Source: Azolla caroliniana (taxonomy: Eukaryota; Plantae; Polypodiophyta). From it: a DNA stretch of 31,613 nucleotides. Each line of letters starts with the position of its first letter. Within the stretch, counting starts at the first letter, position 1. Below are positions 19,109-30,517 of the stretch, piece by piece. A program made the position numbers and the translations under genes. Under the pieces are notes generated by a model. That model did no database searches and was not told the DNA's origin. It saw only the letters and a program-made list of their open reading frames with translations. Location of the stretch: contig JBHGNT010000361.1 in NCBI GenBank assembly GCA_043228905.1, positions 1 to 31,613 on the forward strand, given 5' to 3'.

Positions 19109-22100
19109 CTTTAAAACGTTATTTATCCTAAACTAGTTTTCAACAAGAAAAATGGATAACACCTGAACTTATAAGAATGCAAAATAAATTAAATATGTAC
19201 TCTGAACTATCAAATAATTACCCAGAATTTAAGCAGACACATAAGGAATATCAACATTTTTATTTGCAACAACTTCAAAAAGCAAAACAGGCATTTTATG
19301 ACCAACAAATTTACTTAGCTGATAATAAAAATAAAGTAACTTGGAATTAATGATATGAAAAATAAGCCTAATTCTGAAAAACATAAAATTATTCTTAAAA
19401 GTGATGATATATCTTTGTCATGCGCCCAATCAAATTTAATGAGCATTTTACCAGATTTAGCACGGATGTTATAAATGATTCTGCAATTAATGATTCAGAA
19501 TGCACTATTTTAGCGCTGTAATTGCCCAAGATGTGGTTGAGATTGTAAATAAATTGAAATCATCAAATGTAAGCAGCTATGACGAAATAAGTTCCAATCT
19601 TTTAAAAAAATGCAGGGGTCATATTTGTACGCCTTTAGCATATATTATTAACCGATCTTCTGAGCGAGGGGTGTTTCCTTACAGATTAAAAGAGGCTTTG
19701 GTAATTCCACTTTTTAAAAAAGGTGATAAACATAACGTTGAAAATTTCAGGCCTATTAGCATCCTTCCAACTTTTTCTAAAATTTTTGAGCACGCTATTA
19801 ATATACAACTTAAGAAGTTTCTCCAAAAAAATAAAATTATTAACCCAAATCAACACGGCTTTGTCGAAAATAAGTCTACTGACACAGCGCTGTGCGAATT
19901 CACATTGGAAATTACTAAACGCTTAGATAAAAAACTCTTGCAGTGGGTCTTTTTGTAGATTTTAGTTCAGCATTTGATACTGTTGACCATAGATTGCTTT
20001 TGAATAAATTACACAGGTACGGCATTAGAGGTATCGCTCTTGACTTAATAAAATCATATTTGGGCGATAGAAAACAAAGGGTTAAAATGCCTTCAGGTGT
20101 CACAAGCAACCATGTATCAATAAAAGTAGGCGTTACACAGGGCTCAATCTTGGACCCATTCTTTTTGATATATTTGCAAATGATTTAGCATTGCATTTAA
20201 ATTGCGTAAATAACATATTAGTGTGCTGCTATGTAGACGATACAAATATTTTGGTAAAATCAGATAATGTGGATGAATTGTTGATTAAATGTAACGCAAT
20301 ATACAGAGAAATTGTCGTATGGTCTAATAATAATAAATTAATAATCAATAAAAACAAAACTACGATCATTCATTTTAGGTCTATTCGTAGTACACAACAT
20401 CTTGAAAATATTTGTGCAATTTCATGCTCTAATTCAACAAAAATGCTTGGTGTCACTATAGATTGTCATTCAAACCGGTCTGAACACATAAGCAACACAT
20501 GCAGTAAATTGCCAAAACGTTGCTATTCATTACGTTTTTTAAAAAATCATTGTAGCAAAGATGTTTTATTGAGAATTTACCATGCCAATTTTCATTCGCT
20601 ATTGCTTTTTAATATACTCAACTGGGGTACTTGTGCGTCTTCAAGCAGAATACTTATTCTTCAAAAGAGCAATACGGATAATTTATGGAATTCGACCTCG
20701 TGATTCATGCAAGCCTTTTTTTAAAGAACTAAGAGTTTTAACAGTCACTGATACTTTTGTGCATTTCTTAATTTATATCAAGTTAATGAAGTCCCTAACA
20801 ATACTGGCAGAATACTGGATCTCGTATTATCTACTAAGGTGAGCACTTCTGTCACATTGAGCGATGACCCCTTGGTACCCGCTGATGGATATCATCCTCC
20901 ATTGAATATCCAGATCGAGAACTTTACTGATCACACAAATGGATGCGGCCCGCAGAATGATATATTTTATTATGATTTTAAGTCTGCTGATTAAACTCTG
21001 TTAAATGATTGTTTGGGTCAAATAAACTGGGATGATCTATTTTTAAATCATTCAGTAAATGATATGGTAAACATTTTTTATGATATTCTGTATTTCTTTA
21101 TTCATGCGGTAATTCCCCAAAAAAAAAGTATCTAAGAGAAAATTTCCAGTATGGTTCTCCCCAGAGTTAAAGCAGCTGACAATTCAGAAGAAACAGGCCC
21201 ACAGAAGATATAAGATTTCAGGGTTGAGGAGTGATTATGTTAATTTTAGTAGACTTAGGTCGGAATGTAAAAACTTATCTCAATTATGCTATCTACAGTT
21301 TGTTGAAAACTCTGAAATTTCTTTAACAGATCAAAAAAATATTAAACAGTTCTGGAACTTTGTTAGGAACAAGCGGAGTGGTAATGAATTGCCACCTTTG
21401 TTGTTTTTTAATGATAAACAGTGCTCTTTGGGACCGGATCTGCCTGATCTTTTTGCTGAATACTTTCAGTCAGTGTACAGTGACAAGTGTGTCAATCCAC
21501 AAAGTAAAGCGTCTTTTAATTGTTCATGTATTTGTGATTATAATATTCCTATATCAACCATTTACGAGCAGATGGCCAATATTGATATAAATAAGGGACC
21601 AGGTCCGGATGGTATCCCGCCTTCAGTTCTGAAGTCTTGTAGTTTTGTTCTATCACGTCCACTCCATATTATATTTAATAAGTCTCTTGCTTCAGGTATT
21701 TTCCCAGATTTCTGGAAAGTGAGTTATCTCACAGTTCTATTCCAAAGTTATTTGAGAAAATGGTGGCAAAGTATTTAAAATCTAAATTAAATTCATCCAT
21801 AATGGAGGAACAGTTTGGGTTCCTCAACAAAAAATCTGCGGAGTTGAATTTGATCATTTTTGCTTACCATCTGTCGGACGTCTTGGATGGTGGTGGGGAG
21901 GTTCATGCTATCTACACAGACTTTTCCAAGGCGTTCGATAGGTAAATCACTATGATTAATAAACTGGAGACAGTGGGTATCCAGGGGACGTTATTGGAAT
22001 GGCTAATCAGTTATTTATCTGATAGATTTCAGACTGTAAAGTTGAATGATTACAGGTCTAAAAATATACCCAACCCCTCCGGAGTACCCCAAGGATCTCA

Positions 22101-23464
22101 CCTGGATCTTTTTTTGTTTTTACTATTTGTGAATGATATATCTGACTGTTTCAGATTTGCTAAATTTTTGTGTTATGCAGATGACCTGAAATGCTATCTT
22201 ACAATATCTTCATTGGAGGATTGTATTAAACTTCAGTCGGATCTGGATAGACTTGACGAATGGTGTGAGATCAATACCATGGACTTGAATATCTTAAAGT
22301 GTCATACTATTACTTTTACGAGAAAAATTAATAGGATTGATTTTAAGTATAATATTAAGGGAACACCATTATCACAGGTTTCATCTGTTCGGGACCTGGG
22401 AGTTATTGTGGATTGCACACTCTCTTTTGTTGATCACATTGACACCATTGTTTCAAGAGCTCTTGGAGTGCCTGGCTTTATCAAGCGGAACACATCTGAA
22501 TTTAGAAATATTAATGCCATTCGATTACTTTATTGTAGTCTGGTTAGGCCTTTGTTAGAATATTGCTCTTCAGTTTGGAGCCCCCTCTATACTTGTCATA
22601 TCCACAGAATTGAGCAGGTGCAGAGAAAATTCCTTCGGTACCTGGCATATAAATCTAATATTCCTCCTATTGACGAGTTTTCATGTGATTTTTTATTAAT
22701 CACATGATTGATTCTCCTTCAATGGTCTCTTCAATATTACTGGCGGTTCCACAGACATTTAGAAGAACCAATGTTGGGTTTAACTCTTATATTCATAGGG
22801 TGTCGCGAATGGCTAATTTGTATGCTGATAGGCTGGACTTTTTTGATTATAATTTTAGCAAGTTTGTGAGCCTGTTAAAGCATAATGTGTTTTGAATTTC
22901 TTAAGGTGATTATTGTGATTTTATGGTATTATATTATTGTAACTGCTTTTAAATTAGTGTATTTTCATTTTTAGTTGTTGTGTTTTTGTTATATTTTTAA
23001 GATTTTATAAGTTAGCGAAGTAAGTTTAATGTGATTTTTGTATTTTATTGTATTTATTGTACTGAAATTGAGCAGGGCCCGTTTATAAATAAATAAATAA
23101 ATAAGAAACAGCCCTGTATCAGAGGGGACTATTTTATAACGGATGTAAACTGTTTAATGCCTTACCAGTACACATTAAGCTGGCTTCAACATTACCCACA
23201 TTCAAAAATAAATTAAAAGCTTATCTTCTTACAAAAAATAGCTATACAATTGATGATTTTTATTTATAATTTTAAATTCATGCTTTTTTTCATATGTTCT
23301 ACTTTTAATGTTTAATTGTTTTAACCTGTATTTTATTTATTTCTGTGTTAAATTGTTTTTTACCTCGTTGGTTTCTAATCTAGACGTTTTCACAATATTG
23401 ATACATGTATGTTTTTTACTTATTTTGTATTCAATATTTTTTGAAATAAATAGTTTGATTTGAT
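19109..23464 (+). mobile_element. Decayed LINE (RT plus 3' end), split by a nested LINE: parts 19109-~20751 and 23105-23464
   Basis: KWITPEL, NFRPISILPTFSKIFE, QHGF, DFSSAFDTVDH and YVDDT motifs. Resumes TALYQRGLFYNGCKLFNALP...* with an AATAAA/TTTGA tail at 23444-23464. Confidence 0.85.
20752..23104 (+). mobile_element. Nested CR1/Jockey-group LINE (end of APE domain, RT, (TAAA)n tail), frameshifted
   Basis: VPNNTGRILDL, PLVPADGYHPPL, GPDGIPP, YTDFSKAFDR, SGVPQGSH and YADD motifs; tail at 23086-23104. Confidence 0.9.
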
Positions 23465-23795
23465 ATATGTGCCATTAAAAAAACTAAAATGTCATCAACA
23501 TACATATGCCAGTAAATACATTTTTAAACAGAAGGTGTTTGGAAATAATATCTTCAAGGTTATTCATAAAATTCTCTGCCAAAGTGGGCTAAGAGGATTA
23601 CCCATAATTAAAGCTTTACTGCACGAATAAATTTTATTTTGAAACTGAAAGTAATTTTGTTTTAAACAAACTGTAAGAAGACACAAAATATCATTTTGAA
23701 ACATGTCACTATTTTAAATATAATGTTTATTATTTTTTGTGAAAATCTAAAACTCATTGTTTTATTTATTTAAATAAAGATAACAACTTGCTTGC

Positions 23796-23984
23796 CTCTG
23801 ACATTTTCAAGACTTCTCTCATATTTCCACCTTTCCTTAGGAACGCGTCTATATTTTTAGTGGTTATCCCTGGTAGCTTCTGAACGAAATCGTAAATATT
23901 CCCGTTGTATTTGGTTTCAATCTCACCGTAATCATCTTTGTTTGCTGTAACTATCGTTGTAGAATCTGGTTGCGCTTTACCTTG
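23796..23984 (-). CDS. ERCC4: XPF penultimate exon (HhH2 domain start); ends at a GC donor
   Basis: QGKAQPD...KYNGNIYDFVQKLPGITTKNIDAFLRKGGNMREVLKMSE; compare human QSKPQPD...[20 protein letters not shown]. 189 nt. Confidence 0.9.
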
Positions 23985-24327
23985 CTAAAAGAGTAATTTA
24001 GGTTTAAAATGTTAAACATATATGAGCATATTGAAAAAATTACAAAATACTACTGTAATTAAAAAAAATGGTATATTTGTTTATAAAATGTAAATTCTTT
24101 ATTTATTTTTGCAAACCAATTTCATCTGCTTCAAAGTATTTTTTTCGGATGTCTTTAACAAAGCACTAATCAAACTATTGGTATATTCTTTGTTAGCAGA
24201 AATGCCATTTAAACGTTACCGCGCGTATTGCTTTGTTATGTAGATCATTTCCCATCACATATAGTAATAATTCAAGACCGACAAAATATTTTTAAAAAAA
24301 TATTTAAAAGAACGATCAGCACCAATT

Positions 24328-26611
24328 AAAGGGTAAGGGAAAAAAATAAACGAGAAAATCAGATTTTTAGTGGTAATTCTTTGATATTGTGTTAACCAAT
24401 TTTTAACCTGTTTTATTATATTATGGAGTTAGACATTGAACATAAAATTATGAACATAAAGTTTACATAATACGCTGGAAAAATAATAATTTTCCCTAAA
24501 GTCAAAAAAACTGTAACAGAACAAACGATGTCCAGCACTGGCACATGTTGGCAAGATATGGAATTTATAAAAGTCTCTACTAATGAGGTGAGTTTTCATA
24601 AAACTGCTGAACAGCTAAATGGCAAAATCGTTTTAGCACTTGCAAATCGTCGTATTTGGCTTGAGAAATTGGCAAAAGTCCATCACATGCTGGATTTGGT
24701 AGTTCAAACTCGCCTTCCTTTAACCACTTTGGGAAAATGAAGATTGCTTTTTTGGTTTAACGGTGATTTGTTTACTTAACCAATGACCATTGTAAGTAGT
24801 ACGATAAAAAACTAGACCACGTTTGTCGCTCATTACTTGAAGTTCTCTCACTTTCTGTAGAGAAAATGGACATTTGCTAACAAATTTTCCTTTTAGGAAA
24901 GAAGTCCAAGATTTAGTAATTTCTTGACTAAAATCTACAACATGAAAGGGCTCGGGTTTCTTTCTCGCATTTTGCAACACAGTTTTCCAATCTGCAGGCA
25001 ACTCCATTCGGGTCTTCATATTAATTAACCCCATGTTTTTATCACACTCGAGATAAGAATGTCCTCTAATGGGGAATGTGATGTGGATGCTGTCTAGGCG
25101 CTTTATTTCATGGACAATATAGTGCAAAAGCCGCACAATCGAAAAATTTTTGTTCTGACCACCTGCTGAGTCACAGAAAATATGAAGAATGCGAACTGGG
25201 GCTTGTAGTACATTCCAAATAAAGGAGGTTAAAAATGATGCCACTTCGTCAGATCCTTTCCTTGACACAAACTCGGGATAGGCAAAAAATACTGATTTTC
25301 CTGAAGACAGTACATGAATATTGAAAGAAAATATAGAAAGCTGGCTCTTATAATATCCGTCATTGGTCGAAATGTTCGGCAAAGAAATATTTTTTTGGTA
25401 GTCCATAGCTATCGCTTCAAAATCGGTGGTAGTCCTAGCCTTCTTTCGAGAAGCTCGTTTTTTATCATAAAACACTTGGGCACGAATTTTGTGTAATTTA
25501 TTTTCAGTACTTAATGCCTTTATCTGTAGGGCATCATTAACAGGATCTAGGCTTTTCAATGTTGCAGTAAACTCGTCACACCTGCTGCAGGTATCCGTTC
25601 GGAGATACCCAAATGAAATATTGAATTTAGTGTTGAAAATGTTTCGATACGTGTCATAGGAAACGGATAAATTAGGATGTTTCTCCTTAAATAGTTGAAA
25701 CATGTTACGGATATTAAGTTCTTCACTTAAGTACAATTTCTTGGAATCCTTTAGACTATAGTGACTTAACCTTCCACGAAAAGAAGAAATATGATCAATA
25801 ATTTTGCCACTCAAATCATCACTTAACTTACGATGTTTTGAAGAGTGCTGACCCCTTTTGTCGACTGGGGCTACCCAAAAGTCTTCAGAGATTTCTGAAT
25901 GTGCACAAGTTTAGCCCTGGTAATGCCATGCATCGAAATAAATGCTTTACTGCATATATCCACTTCTTCTATACCATTGCGTCTCTCTTGTAACGGTAAG
26001 AAGCATCATGGTGTTCTTCCCCATCAGGTCGTCTTGATCTACGTCTCAAAACTGGTAGTACAACAATCAAACCAGCTAAATATGAATTTTGTGCATCAAT
26101 AGAATCCAGTGAATTGAACATAGTAATAATAGCCTGTCGTTCTTCAATGGAAACTGTTTCGAAGCACTTCAGCCTTGTACACTTACAATCGTTACCTAAT
26201 TCGTGAGATTGTAACCTCAACTTTTTCATTACATCCGCCGTTCTGCCAGTTTTTTTTTTCTCTTTCTGCTTCGTTCCGTTACGGATTTACAGGAATTTTC
26301 GTCACTCGAACTCATTTTAAATCACACCCGATCATAATAATCAACTAGTAATGACTGAAAGAAAACAGAAAAAAAGCCAACCGCATGGCAACACGAGTAA
26401 AGAAAAAAGATAAACACATCGCCGTTTTTTTCCACTTGCGGACATCGTCTGTTTTTAACCAGTACGACTATTTTAAAATGCTTTATAGCATGGACATATT
26501 TCGTTTTATTCATTTTACATGTGTTTATTACTCCCTAAAGCTAACACGATATCGTATTTACTTTAAAATATCCTAAAAGTGGACAACGTTTGTTCTTTTC
26601 CCTTAGCCTTC
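24328..26611 (-). mobile_element. Sola1 DNA transposon, apparently full length (2284 bp), 25-bp TIRs, AATT TSD
   Basis: TIRs 24328-24352 and 26587-26611 match at 21/25. AATT at 24324-24327 and 26612-26615 (Sola1 targets AWWT). Transposase motifs lie inside. Confidence 0.85.
24580..26315 (-). pseudogene. Sola1-type DDD transposase broken by several frameshifts (largest ORF 24720-25814)
   Basis: CKC..LKCF, SHY, DTCSRCD, MDYQKN...YYKSQL..FNIH, CDSAGGQNKN, GHSYLECD and C-terminal LPISQAKYDDLQVLKRFC; ATG at 26315, TAG at 24582-24580. Confidence 0.82.
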
Positions 26612-26791
26612 AATTGTAAAAATCGCTACTCGGAGATAACGCTTGGTAAATGTTATAGACAGTTTTACCAACGTAGAAAAAAAATGTCCTGTCTTCCTAA
26701 TGCCCGAGAGTTTTAAATGACAATTTCACATTACTTTTTGATCACAGTAGTACGTTAAACCAGTTCTAAATATTTAAAATTGTAAACAAAC

Positions 26792-26932
26792 TTTAAGCTC
26801 CTCAAACAACTGTGCGGTAGCATAAGGATTAGGACTCCAGATGATTTTTAACTTGGGAAAGTGTATTGTAAGTAACAACAGTTTTTGTTGAATACTAAAA
26901 CCATCTCCATCTGCCGAGAGCATATACTGACC
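26792..26932 (-). CDS. ERCC4: XPF exon (nuclease domain C-terminal part)
   Basis: [34 protein letters not shown]; AG/GT boundaries; 141 nt, phase 0/0. Confidence 0.92.
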
Positions 26933-27069
26933 CTATTAAAAACACCATAGTTAATAAAAATTCGTGTATACTTGACACAATATTTTATATATATCCTGAT
27001 ATATAGTAGTAAAAGTACTAACAAATGGGTGTTCTTGAAAGAGTTTAAATTAAAATGTTGATTAAACAC

Positions 27070-29925
27070 AAAAAATCTTATATTTATAAATGAAGAGATT
27101 TAATAAACCCCAGTAGAGAAACATATATTTTAGGTGACTATAAGTTAGTGCATAGTAAACATTAAGTAACTGTTTTGTGTTTAGGACATTTTTCAGGTTA
27201 ATTATTGCATAGTAAGAGGAATTTATTTTACCCTAGATATACTCTATATGTGGTAACCAGGTGAGTTGACTATCAATATGCAGACCTACAAATTTGCAGC
27301 TTTCAACCCTGTGCACTTTAATGCCACTCATCTCAAGAGTGACATCAGGGACAACGCGTCTTTTATAAAAACATAAATAGTTCGTTTTATTTTCATTTAC
27401 CAGAAGTCGGTTGCAAGTACACCAATCCTTAAATCTATTCAGTATAATATTTGCTTGAGTAAAAAGTTCTTTTAATGAGGGACTAGATAAGCCTATAGAG
27501 GAGTAATCTGCATAAAGTACAAGAAATTTTTCAATATCATTAATGAATAAAAGAAAAAGTAGTGGTGCCAGCACACTGCCCTGAGGTACCCCATACTGTT
27601 GTTCATTTTGATCTGACAATATATGGCCAATTCTTACTCTTACTTTACGCTTGCTTAAAAATGACCTAAGTAAGTCATTAGTTTTTCCCCTAAAACCTAA
27701 AGCATATAGTTTCTTGACTAAAAGTTTAGCATCAACACAGTCAAAGGCTTGCGTAAGATCAAATAGTAGGGCTAGAGTAAAGTAGTTTTTATCCAGAGAA
27801 GAGTAAATAACTTGAATAAATTCGAAAGCCGCAGGGAAAATGTAGAGAATTACAGAGGTATCAGTATTCAATCAGCGATAGCTAAAGTCTTTGATAAATT
27901 GGTTACCAAGCAACTTTCAGCCGCTTGTAATAATATAGTCATAAATGAACAGCATGGATTTCATAGTGGGCGATCTATTCAAACCAATTTGCTGCAGTTT
28001 CAACACTATCTAACTGAGTCTATCGAGGAGGGCAACCAGGTAGACTGTATATTCACAGACTACTCTAAGGCCTTTGATAGGGTTTCACACTGTGCATTGC
28101 TTCAGAAGTTAAGGTGTTTTGGTCTTGGTGACAGGGTTTTGGAGTGGTTGAGGAGCTTTTTGTTGGATAGGTTTCAGTGTGTTCGTATAGGAAATTTCTT
28201 GAGTCGTCAGATCAGTGTCAAATCTGGGGTTCCACAGGGTTCTCATTGTGGTCCTCTACTTTTAAACTTTTTACAAACGATGTAGTATTAAATGTCTCGT
28301 CTCCATGTCTGCTGTTTGCTGATGATATGAAGCTTTATCGTGTTATCAGAACTTCCGAGGATGCTTGTTTGCTTCAGGTGGATCTTAATTGTCTTGTAAG
28401 TTGGTCCACTGAAAATTCACTGAATTTAAATATCTCAAAATGCACAGTTATTACGTTTACCAGAAAACAAAATTTTAATCATGCTGATTATGTTGTAGGA
28501 AGTACGACTCTGTCTCGCTCTTATTCCATAAAAGACCTTGGTGTACTACTTGATAGCCAAATTACTTTTGTCCAGCATATTGATGTTATGGTTGCTTCGG
28601 CTTTGAAAAGGTTGGGTTTTGTGTTGCGTCATGGCATGGATTTTTCACCTAGGATCCTCAAACTTTTATATTTTACTTTTGTAAGGTCCTCCTTGGAGTA
28701 CTGTTCGACTGTTTGGTTATTACTATTATGGTTTTTACAGCCCCTTGTCGAGAATGCAGAGAAACTACAATACCCATTGTGATACACTGGATCTCTCCTC
28801 TTCGCTTGCAGAGTTCAGGAAAAAGTGTCACCGTGTTTCTAATCTTTAAGAGTGGATGTATGTATGTATGTCTGCTGTGTGCATATGGAAGTATATATAT
28901 TATATTTGTATTGTAATTAATAATAATATAATGTTATAGTGTATTCTGTAGAAATTAATACTATTTTATTGTCATGGCTGTTCATTATATTTTCTATTAG
29001 TATACTTCTATTTTTGTATTCAAGAATGTCAAGTCTGCATCTTGTATTTTGTATTTTGAGTTATTGTTTTTATTGTATTTTATTTTGTTGTGTTTCAACT
29101 TATGGTATTTTTATTTATTAATAATCTATTGTAAAAATGGTGTTAACCGTAAATAAATAAATAAATAAGTATTGGTAGAATGATTCCTACGAAATCCATG
29201 TTGTGCACCGGTAATCAATCTGAATTTATTTAAAAAAACTCAAAACGAGTAGTAATTATTTTCTCAAATAATTTTGAGAAAGTAGGGAGGCCAGTAATTG
29301 GCCTGTAGTTGTGAATAAGACCATTATCGCCTTTCTTAAACAAAGGAATAATCTCTCCAAGCTTTAATTTATCGGGGTGGATGCCTGAAGATAAAAAAAA
29401 ATTAAATAAGTGGCATAAGGGATATTTAATATATTCCCAAATATACTCCATTGCAAGGACAGGGAGCACGCGCATTTATTTTTTAAAGATCTAAGGGCAT
29501 TTGTCATTTCGTCTCTAAAGTAATATTTGGCATGGATAGTGTTCTCATTAAGATTTGGTAATGAATGTAGTGAATTATGACCAGTAGAATTAAGAAGTTA
29601 CTGTTCGATATCTTTGAAGTAGTAGTGACAAAATAAGTTACTGATCTTTCTCAAATCAGTTATTATAGTACTATTAGCAAGTTTTATACAATTAATATCA
29701 TTATTAGTTTTAGCACGCCCTGTCTTTGAGTTTACTACCTCCCATATGGCTTTGGAAGGGTTTGCAGATGTAATTTTGTTTTGGTAAAAAGATTTTTTTG
29801 TTAAATCTATTTTAATTTGAAAGTTTTTTTTCGCTTCTCTATATACTAGGCTCAATTCCTGAGAATTAGTGTTTATAGTCACCAAATCAAAATAAAAATC
29901 TAGGGCTAAAGCATTCCATAAGCAT
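27070..29925 (-). mobile_element. Decayed LINE RT fragment split by a nested opposite-strand LINE: parts ~27070-27834 and 29169-~29925
   Basis: NYRPITGLPTFSKLFE, QHGFRRNHSTNT | AAFEF, DLTQAFDCV and GVPQGSVLAPLLF motifs. The outer boundaries are approximate. Confidence 0.85.
27835..29168 (+). mobile_element. Nested 5'-truncated CR1/Jockey-group LINE with (TAAA)n tail
   Basis: VENYRGISI, QHGF, TDYSKAFDRV, SGVPQGSH, FADDMK and KDLGV motifs; tail at 29150-29168. Confidence 0.9.
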
Positions 29926-30021
29926 ACAATACATCAAGATTTTAACTAGATCAGAAATACAATAACGTAAAAAGGATTAGAAAAATAACAAAAGTTTAAA
30001 TTGAATTAAAATAAATCATAC

Positions 30022-30207
30022 CCTCTTACTTCCATCCCAACCGAACGACCTGTTTTGGTCAAACTCTATCAGCAACATTGGTTTGGCATAGTATCTTTGC
30101 ATTTGCGTAGCTTGCTGAAACATTCTTCCCGAATTCAGGGAGGATATTAAGTCAGATACGCTTTTTCTTTCTACGCAGATTTCTGGTGTTAAAATGTAGT
30201 CACCTAC
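30022..30207 (-). CDS. ERCC4: XPF exon with the ERCC4 nuclease catalytic motif; upstream exons lie beyond the window
   Basis: [50 protein letters not shown] (GD..ERK...D motif); 186 nt, AG/GT boundaries. Confidence 0.94.
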
Positions 30208-30517
30208 CTATAAAAGAACCAAAATAGTGTATAGCAGTAAGCTTTCATATATTATTATAAGTGGATAACTAATACGTTAGCAGAAATTATTATTAGAGGT
30301 TTGAAAAGATATGTGTATATAATGCCGGATAGCCGATTCAGAGTGGTCTAAATTGACCAATTTTTCTCGCACTTTTTTTTATAAAATAGTAACACAGTAA
30401 TTTTTTGTATATATTTGATAACAATGACGCAAAAATTGCCCCATATATACATTCTTGTAGGTAAATATAATATTTATAACGGATTCTATTCCTAATGAAG
30501 ACTTTTTGGATCAACTA

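Larger units (their letters stand above)
18046..23746. repeat. Long-range inverted repeat: arms 18046-18091 and 23698-23746
   Basis: All 46 bases are complementary, with a single 3-nt bulge. Confidence 0.9.

Noticed and set aside
27233-28285. Overlapping divergent RT ORFs (27233-27871 minus, 27812-28285 plus) as a bidirectional RT system
   Set aside because: Explained by one LINE inserted antisense into another at 27835; each ORF just reads across the junction.
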